A stretch of 64,000 bases of DNA from a virus. The stretch lies in IMG/VR virus record IMGVR_UViG_3300020477_001932, positions 10,257-74,256 of that record; one strand, given 5' to 3'. Shown piece after piece: positions 18,917 to 27,260 of this stretch (positions within the stretch are counted from its first letter, which is position 1; each line of letters opens with the position of its first letter). The notes under the pieces are model-generated. The model made no database searches, was not told the DNA's origin, and worked only from the letters and a program-made list of their open reading frames with translations. Both the position numbers and the translations under genes were made by a program.

Positions 18917-19587
18917 TGAAAATAAGTAAAAGTACAATGGATGTATTAAAAAATTATTCAGAGATTAATCAGTCTATTGTTATCAAAGAAGGTAATGAGA
19001 TTAAAACAATTTCTGCATTGAAAAACATTCTTTCCAGAGCAGTTGTGAAAGAGAATTTTCCAAAAGATTTTGCAATTTATGATCTTCCAACTTTCATCGG
19101 CTTTCATTCTACTATGTCGGAGCCGGACTTTGAGTTTGGTGATGATTCCATGACATTAAAAGATGTAAACGGTAAAGGCAAATACTTTTATGCAGAACCT
19201 TCATTAGTTGTTACTCCACCTGAAAAGGGTGTTACTATGCCTGATTCAGATATTCGATTTGAATTAAAAAATGATGTTCTTGAAGATATAATCAAGAAAG
19301 CAAATGTTCTTAAGCTTGCAGATATTGGATTAAAGAGTTGTCCTAAATCTCAAGGCCTTTATCTATATGCTACTAATAAAAGTAATGATACTTCAAATGA
19401 TTATTCTGTTAAAGTAGGTGATGGTGCTACGAAGAAATTTAACATTATTTTCAAGAAAGATAATTTAAAGATTATCCCAGGAGATTATGATGTTACTATT
19501 GCAAATGGTATTTCTCATTTTAAAAATAAAGAGCTTGATTTGGAATACTGGATTGCATTAGAAGCTAGTAGTGATTATGGAGAATAA
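18916..19587 (+). CDS. gp45: Sliding clamp gp45
   Basis: MKISKSTMDVLKNYSEINQSI, FAIYDL, NLKIIPGDYDV and YWIALE motifs. Confidence 0.95.
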   Translation: MKISKSTMDVLKNYSEINQSIVIKEGNEIKTISALKNILSRAVVKENFPKDFAIYDLPTFIGFHSTMSEPDFEFGDDSMTLKDVNGKGKYFYAEPSLVVTPPEKGVTMPDSDIRFELKNDVLEDIIKKANVLKLADIGLKSCPKSQGLYLYATNKSNDTSNDYSVKVGDGATKKFNIIFKKDNLKIIPGDYDVTIANGISHFKNKELDLEYWIALEASSDYGE

Positions 19588-19589
19588 GT

Positions 19590-20213
19590 ATGGCCTTTTA
19601 TATTTTTCCAAGAGCAATACCTCAAAAAGATTGTGATAAGTATCTGAAGTATTGTTTAAAAAATGTAAAATGGGAAGATGCTTCTACTATAGCAAAGGGT
19701 TATACGGATGTAACAAATAAGGAAATGACTGAAGAGGAGAGAGAAAAATCATCACATTTTGATTATAAAATGAGAAAAACTGATATTAGTTTTATAACTG
19801 ATAAAGATAATCTTATGAATGAATTAGTTTGGGGTTTTATCAGAGAAGCTAATAAACAATATTTTCATTATAATTTAGATTATTTTCAACCAGTTCAGTT
19901 TGCAAGATACCAAAATGGAGGCCATTATGACTGGCATCAAGACGCTAACGGTGATACTCAATTATCATCTGAATGTAGAAAACTATCTTTAACAATGTCA
20001 TTGACAGACCATACTACTTATGATGGAGGATATTTAGAATTTTATAATGGTAATAAACCATATGAACACGAAGAACATGATGTTGCAAAAGATGTAAAAG
20101 ATCAAGGTTCTGTTATTGTTTTTGATAGCAGAGATTGGCATAGAGTAACACCAGTAACGAAAGGAGTGAGATATTCGATAGTTTGTTGGACTGTTGGCCC
20201 ACACTTTATTTAA
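19590..20213 (+). CDS. 2OG-Fe(II) oxygenase
   Basis: YDWHQD (HxD), RKLS, YDGG.L and HRVTPVTKGVRYSIV motifs. Confidence 0.9.
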   Translation: MAFYIFPRAIPQKDCDKYLKYCLKNVKWEDASTIAKGYTDVTNKEMTEEEREKSSHFDYKMRKTDISFITDKDNLMNELVWGFIREANKQYFHYNLDYFQPVQFARYQNGGHYDWHQDANGDTQLSSECRKLSLTMSLTDHTTYDGGYLEFYNGNKPYEHEEHDVAKDVKDQGSVIVFDSRDWHRVTPVTKGVRYSIVCWTVGPHFI

Positions 20214-20234
20214 TTATTAAAAAGGAGATTTATT

Positions 20235-20360
20235 ATGCGTAAAACAGAAATTAAAGAAGTTGTATATCCTCTAACTGCTGAAGAATTTAAGCAGTCTGAA
20301 AAAATTACTTCTCAAGATGTTTTGGCTGTTATCAACGAAGCCGATATTGAAGTAGAGTAG
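20235..20360 (+). CDS. 41-aa acidic peptide (not in ORF track)
   Basis: Strong AAAGGAG RBS; MRKTEIKEVVYPLTAEEF...; followed directly by a terminator. Confidence 0.7.
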   Translation: MRKTEIKEVVYPLTAEEFKQSEKITSQDVLAVINEADIEVE

Positions 20361-20368
20361 TTTGCTCC

Positions 20369-20395
20369 GCCCCCTGTTTCGGCAGGGGGTTTTTT
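20369..20395 (+). terminator. Rho-independent terminator with UUCG tetraloop
   Basis: CCCCCTGT-TTCG-GCAGGGGG-T6. Confidence 0.88.
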
Positions 20396-20407
20396 ATAGA
20401 AAGGAAT

Positions 20408-21352
20408 GTGATGAAAGATAATATATTATGGGTAGAAAAGTATCGACCCGATATGATTGACGATTGTATTCTGCCTAAATCAACAAAAGATATTTTCCAG
20501 TCTATTGTTGATTCGGGGGAGTTGCCGAATCTCCTATTATTCGGCACATCGGGCGTCGGAAAGACTACGGTTGCAAAGGCGCTATGTAATCAACTAAAAT
20601 GTGATTGGTTGATGATAAATGGCAGCGATGAAGGGCGTATGATAGATACGCTGAGAACTACTATAAGTAGTTATGCCTCAACCGTGAGTCTTTCCGGCGG
20701 TAAGAAAGTTATTATAATAGATGAAGCAGACTATATGAACAAGGATTCTGTCCAACCAGCTATGCGTGGTTTGATAGAAGAATTTTCAAATAACTGTCGT
20801 TTTATATTTACTTGTAATTATAAAAATAGAATTATTCCAGCTTTACATTCACGGTGTTCTGTTGTAGATTTTAGAATACCAAAAGAAGAAAAACCAGAGT
20901 TAGCACAAAAGTTTTCAGCAGTAGCATTAAGCATATTAGATGGTGAAGAAATAAAATATAAACCAGATATTATTGCACAACTTGTCGTCAAGTTTTTTCC
21001 AGATTTTAGAAGGGTTTTGAATGAGCTCCAGAAGCATTCAATCGGTGGAAATATTGATGCGAGTGTTTTGACCTCATCATCCAATGAAACATTTGATGAG
21101 CTGATGAATTATTTGAAGCATAAAGATTTTACTAAGATGAGGAAATGGGTAGCAGAAAATATTGACAATGACCATGTGAGATTATACCGTCAAGTCTATG
21201 ACTCCCTGTTTACAAAATTAGAAAAAAGTACAATACCTGGGGCTGTACTAACGATAGCCGATTATTCGTATAAGTCAGCTTTTGTTGCAGACCAGGAAGT
21301 TAATATGGTTGCGTGTTTAACTGAATTAATGATGAATTGTGAGTTTGTGTGA
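20408..21352 (+). CDS. gp44: Clamp loader large subunit gp44
   Basis: LWVEKYRP, GVGKTT, INGSDE, IIDEAD, LHSRC and FPDFRR motifs. Confidence 0.97.
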   Translation: MMKDNILWVEKYRPDMIDDCILPKSTKDIFQSIVDSGELPNLLLFGTSGVGKTTVAKALCNQLKCDWLMINGSDEGRMIDTLRTTISSYASTVSLSGGKKVIIIDEADYMNKDSVQPAMRGLIEEFSNNCRFIFTCNYKNRIIPALHSRCSVVDFRIPKEEKPELAQKFSAVALSILDGEEIKYKPDIIAQLVVKFFPDFRRVLNELQKHSIGGNIDASVLTSSSNETFDELMNYLKHKDFTKMRKWVAENIDNDHVRLYRQVYDSLFTKLEKSTIPGAVLTIADYSYKSAFVADQEVNMVACLTELMMNCEFV

Positions 21353-21365
21353 ATAAGGAGAATGA

Positions 21366-23459
21366 ATGAATAAAAATATAAATTTAGAACAACTGATAGC
21401 CAAGGCCATTACTAATGGATTAGCAGAACTACCACTAGAGATACGCGACCGTATAACACCTGGATTTTTACATAATATGTATACTTGTCAAAATAAGGTT
21501 GATGTTTCATTTAAGGACATTGTAGCTACGCAAAATACAAATGGAAATAGCTCAGATACAAAGAAAGATACAAAGAAAGATACAAAGAAAAAGGAAAAAA
21601 AGGAAATCAGCGCAGCGCAAAGAAAAATTACCCAGGATGCTACAGCAAGAATAGCTAAAGAAAGAGCTAATTGTTCTAAATATTATGACCTGTTTTGGAA
21701 GAAGAAAAAAATAAAAAAATTATTTGTAAAAGATGATAGTAAGTTAAGAAAAAGTGAAGGATGGTCAAGTCTTTATGGAATTGATTTTAGGTATCAAAGA
21801 GAAACTGATTTTACTGATGAAGAACAAATGATGGCATCTAGTATTGTTGGTAGTATATTGACAGGGACATTAGCTCTGCCCGAATTAATAGTTCGTGAAT
21901 ATTCTAAGGAATGGGAAACGGTCGAAAAGGATGTTAAAGAAAATTTTAAATTATTGGATGGTGAAGTAATTGATGGCCAGTTTAAATATGCAAAAAGTAT
22001 TTTTGGGTTTTTGAAAGGTCTGGTTAGATTAGAAGATAATATAGGTAAAGAACATCATTATGGTGATGTAAAACATCCCATTGGTGGAATGAATATAGAT
22101 GAATTAGCTCAATATGATAAAGATAATGGAACAGCCTATGTAGACAAATTTTTAGATTATGAAGTTCAATTATCTGTTTATTATGGTATTACTGGTGATT
22201 ATGCAGCCTTGGTTTATTTAAGGACAAATACTAGTCGTATAATGAAGTGGTGGGATATACTTAAAGCACATAATCACTTTTTATGTGATTTAACAAAGAA
22301 CGAAGTTGTTTTTGATCCTAATGAGCTTTCTTCTGATATTACTGAAATGCAGATGCCATGTGATTTCCTTAATACTCTAACAAAGATAAATGTTACAGAA
22401 ACAGGTAAATTTTGTAAAAATTTTGAGTTAAGAATGTCTTATATTAGAATTTGGATAGTTTCTTTCTATATTCAATATCATTTGGATATGGGAACAAAAA
22501 TAGATTCTTTACCTAAATGGAGTGATAGTGATATTACAGATTGGTGGCAATCTTCTCCGATTCTACATGATGAAAATCTTGTAAATAATATTTATGACCA
22601 TGTAAAAACAGCCTTTAGTTATGTTTCACATATTTTACTAACCGCAGATGAAAAAGATGTGAAAATATTTAAAGGAGAAAAAAAACAGGGTTGGGTAATT
22701 TCTTTGATTATGTCAATTCAATTCTTTTTGCATAAGAATAAAGATACTGTTGGTAAACCAAACCTATGGGATGGTCAAGTTTTTTTGAAAAGCTGGCTTG
22801 ATAGTGTTGATAAATTAACAGTAAAAAAAGATTCCACCGGTGCTATGTTGCCGTTTTATTTTGAGCATGAAATAAAGGAATTTATTAAAACAAATGATTG
22901 GTCATTATCAGCTACCAAAAACGTAATATATGATAATCAATTTGTGGGAGCTTATTGGAAGAATGCTTTACAAGCACATTGTTCTGTATCACATACAAAA
23001 AAATCAGATGCTTTAGAAAAAGATACCGTAATAGGTATTCCTGGCCTTTATTGGCAGTTGAATCATTGTTTTATTAGACCAAATAAAGACTTTGATAAAG
23101 ATAAACACAATCCAAAGGATAAATATGCAGATTGGGGAGTTGTTGTATTAGATGAAGTAAGAACACCACCTTTGTCTCAAAGACAAATTATTTTTAAGTT
23201 GCAAAATGGGTATTGTCCTTTTTCTGGTAACCAAATTGATTTAGAACAATGTAATGCACATGATATACCATATAGTGAGGGTGGTTCTTATATGCACACT
23301 AACTGTTATGGTTGTCTTGGTATTTATAATACTAGTTCTAAGAAAACATTTCCAGTTTTGTTTGAAGAAATACATGGAGAAGCCGGTGTTACTTTAGAAG
23401 AATATCGCAGAAGAATAAAAGATGGTGAAATTGTTTGGGGCATAACAAAAAAAATATAA
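21366..23459 (+). CDS. Divergent DUF262 (ParB/Srx-like) plus C-terminal HNH-like protein, GmrSD/SspE-like architecture
   Basis: RYQRE...SIVGSILTG..LPELI...EVIDGQFK (cf. DGQQR), YLRTN (cf. FxRxN); C-terminal QNGYCPFSG...HDIPYSEGG...NC..C...N. Confidence 0.6.
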   Translation: MNKNINLEQLIAKAITNGLAELPLEIRDRITPGFLHNMYTCQNKVDVSFKDIVATQNTNGNSSDTKKDTKKDTKKKEKKEISAAQRKITQDATARIAKERANCSKYYDLFWKKKKIKKLFVKDDSKLRKSEGWSSLYGIDFRYQRETDFTDEEQMMASSIVGSILTGTLALPELIVREYSKEWETVEKDVKENFKLLDGEVIDGQFKYAKSIFGFLKGLVRLEDNIGKEHHYGDVKHPIGGMNIDELAQYDKDNGTAYVDKFLDYEVQLSVYYGITGDYAALVYLRTNTSRIMKWWDILKAHNHFLCDLTKNEVVFDPNELSSDITEMQMPCDFLNTLTKINVTETGKFCKNFELRMSYIRIWIVSFYIQYHLDMGTKIDSLPKWSDSDITDWWQSSPILHDENLVNNIYDHVKTAFSYVSHILLTADEKDVKIFKGEKKQGWVISLIMSIQFFLHKNKDTVGKPNLWDGQVFLKSWLDSVDKLTVKKDSTGAMLPFYFEHEIKEFIKTNDWSLSATKNVIYDNQFVGAYWKNALQAHCSVSHTKKSDALEKDTVIGIPGLYWQLNHCFIRPNKDFDKDKHNPKDKYADWGVVVLDEVRTPPLSQRQIIFKLQNGYCPFSGNQIDLEQCNAHDIPYSEGGSYMHTNCYGCLGIYNTSSKKTFPVLFEEIHGEAGVTLEEYRRRIKDGEIVWGITKKI
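21555..21590 (+). repeat. 12-bp tandem repeat x3 in frame (DTKK)3
   Basis: GATACAAAGAAA repeated three times. Confidence 0.9.
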
Positions 23460-23461
23460 TG

Positions 23462-23494
23462 TTCCTTGTATTATAAACTTTTTTATGGTACACT
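23462..23494 (+). promoter_or_regulatory. Early promoter for the 7-deazaguanine operon (leaderless)
   Basis: TTCC-TTGTAT-17bp(TGG)-TACACT; 6 nt separate the -10 box from the queE ATG. Confidence 0.78.
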
Positions 23495-23500
23495 TATAAT

Positions 23501-24430
23501 ATGAATAAATTAAGATACAGCGAAATGTTTTATTCCCTCCAAGGAGAAGGAAGGTACGTTGGTGTGCCTTCCGTTTTCCTTCGGCTGTTTGGATGTAATT
23601 TTGAATGTCGTGGCTTCGGTCAAGATAGAGATAAATCCAAATGGTTACCTGAAGATCAAATGCCTCATAATACAGATTATCCAGATGTAAAATCTATCGT
23701 AGATTTACCAGTTCCTCAACTTGGTTGTGATAGCTCTTTTTCTTGGGGAAAGAAATGGGGCCACCTAGCCAATTATGAGGATATTGATACTATCGTTAAA
23801 AAAATGAATGAGTTTACAAATTGGTATGGACAAAAAGAAAGGATGGAGGGGGACATATCAGCTGCACTTAAACAAGATGATGCTGTTCATTTAGTTATTA
23901 CTGGAGGAGAGCCGTTGTTAAAAGGATTTCAGTCAGGTGTATTTGAATTAATGACACATCCAGATTTATTAACACGTTATGTTACCATTGAGACAAATGG
24001 TACGCAAATATTTTCTCCATATGATTATTTTGCAGGTCATAATTATATGTTTCCAGATCATCATAGAAAGTTTGGTGTAAATAAAAATGCAGGTATAACA
24101 TGGTCTGTTTCACCAAAGCTTTCTAATAGTGGTGAAAGTTGGAGTGAAGCAATTAGACCAGAAGCACTTGCATCATATAATGCTTGGCCTTATTCTTATT
24201 TGTATCTCAAGTTTGTTATTAGGGATGAATATGATTTGGTAGAAGTAGAACAAGCTATTCGTGAATATGATAAAGCTGGTGTTAATATATGTGCAGTTTA
24301 TTTGATGCCTGAGGGTGCAGTAGATCATCAAATGGAAGAATTAAAAATAGCAAAGATTGCATTAAAACATGGATATAAGTATAGTCCTAGACTACATTTA
24401 AATCTTTTTGGAAATGAGTGGGGGACATAA
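23501..24430 (+). CDS. queE: 7-carboxy-7-deazaguanine synthase QueE (radical SAM)
   Basis: EMFYSLQGEG, FLRLFGCN, ITGGEPL, IETNGT, SVSPKL and SPRLH motifs. Confidence 0.9.
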   Translation: MNKLRYSEMFYSLQGEGRYVGVPSVFLRLFGCNFECRGFGQDRDKSKWLPEDQMPHNTDYPDVKSIVDLPVPQLGCDSSFSWGKKWGHLANYEDIDTIVKKMNEFTNWYGQKERMEGDISAALKQDDAVHLVITGGEPLLKGFQSGVFELMTHPDLLTRYVTIETNGTQIFSPYDYFAGHNYMFPDHHRKFGVNKNAGITWSVSPKLSNSGESWSEAIRPEALASYNAWPYSYLYLKFVIRDEYDLVEVEQAIREYDKAGVNICAVYLMPEGAVDHQMEELKIAKIALKHGYKYSPRLHLNLFGNEWGT

Positions 24431-24888
24431 TGTCACAAGCATTAAAGAAAGGCAGAAGTGGACAAAGAGGTATTAAGAATGCTGATAGAGTAAATGATAC
24501 TGAAATGTTTTGTTCTGAGTATAAAGATGAAAATGGAAAGCAGGTTCGTCTTGGAAAAATCAGGCTTGCACATGAAATCAATGATGGTTTAAAACATATT
24601 GCACATGATTTAAATACTACTAAAGCAGAACTAGTAAGAACATTATTTGTTGATTTTATACAGGATTATAAAGAAGCTAAAGCTACTGGTGCTATACAAA
24701 AGTTTACACCAGCACAAACTATTGAAAGATATTTAACCAGTAGATATGAGTTCTTCCAATTATTCAATGAACTTAAAAAACAAACAAAATATTTGGAGGA
24801 TTCTAAATCACCAGAAGTTAAAATTTTATCAAGACAAATTAGTATAATAGCAGAAATGTTAAACCTTACAAATAAGAATGTGATATGA
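24430..24888 (+). CDS. Ribbon-helix-helix-like protein
   Basis: IRLAHEINDGLKHIAHDLNTTKAELVRTLF matches the RHH strand-helix-helix pattern. Confidence 0.55.
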   Translation: MSQALKKGRSGQRGIKNADRVNDTEMFCSEYKDENGKQVRLGKIRLAHEINDGLKHIAHDLNTTKAELVRTLFVDFIQDYKEAKATGAIQKFTPAQTIERYLTSRYEFFQLFNELKKQTKYLEDSKSPEVKILSRQISIIAEMLNLTNKNVI

Positions 24889-25352
24889 ATAAATATAATT
24901 ATTATTATGACCAGTATTATAAAGATATAACAGAGATTGTTGAAAGACACGAAGCAACACCAAATTTGCACGTTGTCGGTGTTTATCGTGGTTCATTACC
25001 AATAGCTACTCATTTAAGCAATGCTCTTGAGTGTCCTATGAGTATTATTAAATTTCAGTCGCGAGACGGTTCTGATGATAAAGCAGAATGGATGTTAAAT
25101 TTAACAGATGATGAAAGCTTAAGGCCTGAAAAGTCTAAGCAGTTTTTTCCAACATTATTGGTTGTGGATGATGTTTATGATACTGGAAAAACTTTTAGGG
25201 CTATTAAAGAATTACCAGAGCTTAAACAAAATCCAGATTATCATTGTATTGCATTGTTTGGTAATGAAAATAATGATGGTGTAACTTATATCCATGAGCA
25301 ACTATATAGATGGATAGTGTATCCTTGGGAAAGAGTAGGAGGTGCTATGTGA
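24885..25352 (+). CDS. Type I phosphoribosyltransferase (Gpt/Hpt-like)
   Basis: VGVYRGSL loop, LLVVDDVYDTGKT PRPP-binding motif, WIVYPWE C-terminus. Confidence 0.88.
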   Translation: MNKYNYYYDQYYKDITEIVERHEATPNLHVVGVYRGSLPIATHLSNALECPMSIIKFQSRDGSDDKAEWMLNLTDDESLRPEKSKQFFPTLLVVDDVYDTGKTFRAIKELPELKQNPDYHCIALFGNENNDGVTYIHEQLYRWIVYPWERVGGAM

Positions 25353-25792
25353 AATATGAGAGTACGAAAACGTATGGTAATGATAGAGGTTTGAGTTGTT
25401 GTTTTCGTCAATGGAAAGCAACTAGTCATTGTAAATATTTACATGGTTATAGTTTAGGTTTTAGATTTACATTTGAAACAGATGAATTAGATGGTAGAAA
25501 TTGGGTTTATGATTTTGGTAATTGTAAATGGATTAAAGTGTTTCTTGAACAAACATTTGACCATAAGCTTTTAATAGATAAAAATGATCCTGATATAGAA
25601 CATATATATAAAATACATGATGAAAATATGGCACAAGTTCTTACAATGGATGGTGTTGGTTGTGAGAAGTTTGCTGAGTATGTTTATAATTATGTTTTAC
25701 GACAAGTTCAAGAAGAAACAGGAGGACGAGTTAATTTGAAAAGTGTTGAGTGTTTTGAACATGGTTCAAATAGTGCAATATATTATGGTTAG
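25349..25792 (+). CDS. queD: 6-carboxy-5,6,7,8-tetrahydropterin synthase QueD
   Basis: C..LHGY, VYDFG, FDHK, GCEKFAE and VECFEH.SNSA motifs; GTG start overlapping the PRTase stop. Confidence 0.88.
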   Translation: MKYESTKTYGNDRGLSCCFRQWKATSHCKYLHGYSLGFRFTFETDELDGRNWVYDFGNCKWIKVFLEQTFDHKLLIDKNDPDIEHIYKIHDENMAQVLTMDGVGCEKFAEYVYNYVLRQVQEETGGRVNLKSVECFEHGSNSAIYYG

Positions 25793-25809
25793 TGAGAGGA
25801 GCTTATATA

Positions 25810-26478
25810 ATGAAAATTTCAGAAAAGATAAAAAATGCATTAGACAAGGGTTACTTAGCTAATGATACAATATATGATGTTATTAATGATGAAGATAGAA
25901 TAGAGTTAATAGAAGAAGTTAAAGAGGCATTTCAAGGTGTATTGGATGCTTTAGTTATAGATACAAAGAATGACCACAATACACAAGAGACAGCAAAACG
26001 TGTAGCAAAAATGTTTGTCAATGAAATATTCCGTGGCAGATATTATCCCCCGCCTTGTGTTACTGCATTTCCAAATGCAAAGCAGTATGACCAGATTTAT
26101 ATGTCTGGCCCCATAACAATCAATTCAACGTGTGCGCACCATTTCCAAGCTATTGCTGGAAAAGCATATGTTGGAATCTTTCCGGGAAAGAAAGTTATTG
26201 GATTATCCAAGTTTAATCGTATGGTTGATTGGGTTGCATCCAGACCACAAATTCAAGAAGAAATGACAGAACAAATAGCAGATATGATACAAGAAGAAAC
26301 TGAAGCAAAGGGTGTAGCTGTTATTGTTAAAGCAGAACATTTTTGTATGACGGCAAGAGGTGTTAAAGAACATGAAAGTGATATGGTAACATCTGTTGTG
26401 CGTGGTATTTTTCGTGATGAACCAGCAACAAAAGCTGAGTTCTTTTCTTTGTTAAGTAATATGAAAGGGATGCAATAA
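25810..26478 (+). CDS. folE: GTP cyclohydrolase I
   Basis: ETAKRVAKM, STCAHH, IGLSKFNR, RPQIQE and HFCMTARGV motifs. Confidence 0.96.
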   Translation: MKISEKIKNALDKGYLANDTIYDVINDEDRIELIEEVKEAFQGVLDALVIDTKNDHNTQETAKRVAKMFVNEIFRGRYYPPPCVTAFPNAKQYDQIYMSGPITINSTCAHHFQAIAGKAYVGIFPGKKVIGLSKFNRMVDWVASRPQIQEEMTEQIADMIQEETEAKGVAVIVKAEHFCMTARGVKEHESDMVTSVVRGIFRDEPATKAEFFSLLSNMKGMQ

Positions 26479-27260
26479 TGGTAAACATGGTAACTAGTGG
26501 TAAACAAGAAGCTACTGGTAAATCTGTTTTATTATATTCTGGTGGCATGGATAGTTTGATGTTTGACTATTTAATGAAGCCTGATGTATTATTGTATATT
26601 CCGACTGGTAGTGAATACGAAATGATAGAAAGCAGTAAAATACGTTTACTTGGTAAATATGGTTATTTGGATGAAGATAAATTAGTTGTTTTACCTCGTG
26701 TTTTAAATTTAAGTAAGTTTGAACGTGATGATGCAATCGTTCCAAATCGTAACGCACATTTAATGTTGTTAGCTTCTATGTATGGTGAAGATTTGATTCT
26801 TGGAAGTGTTCAAGGTGATAGATCATTCGATAAGGATCCTATTTTTTATCAGAAAATGACAGACTTGTTAAATCATATGTGGAAAGAACAGCATTGGACT
26901 GAGGAACGTGTTTTTAAAGTTAGCTCTCCATATAAAGATAAAACAAAGACGGAGATTGTTAAAGAGTATCTGGAAAAGGGTGGTAGTGCAGACGCATTAC
27001 TACTTTCATGGAGTTGTTATGATCCACAATCAAGATATTTGTTAGACCCCGAAAGGGCTTGTGGATGGTGTAAACCATGTTTTCGTAAATGGATTTCACT
27101 TCATAATAACAATATAAGTATTCCAGAAGATTATTATGCAAACAATCCATGGGAAGCACCATGGCTTGAAAAGTTAATTCCTTCTGTACTTGAAAAGAAT
27201 TATCGAGGAAAAGAAGATTATGATTGGTGTGATGCCTTAACAAGTAAAGGAGTTTTATGA
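26478..27260 (+). CDS. queC: 7-cyano-7-deazaguanine synthase QueC-like
   Basis: SGGMDS PP-loop, PNRN, K.EIV, SWSCY and CGWCKPC Zn site. Confidence 0.85.
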   Translation: MVNMVTSGKQEATGKSVLLYSGGMDSLMFDYLMKPDVLLYIPTGSEYEMIESSKIRLLGKYGYLDEDKLVVLPRVLNLSKFERDDAIVPNRNAHLMLLASMYGEDLILGSVQGDRSFDKDPIFYQKMTDLLNHMWKEQHWTEERVFKVSSPYKDKTKTEIVKEYLEKGGSADALLLSWSCYDPQSRYLLDPERACGWCKPCFRKWISLHNNNISIPEDYYANNPWEAPWLEKLIPSVLEKNYRGKEDYDWCDALTSKGVL

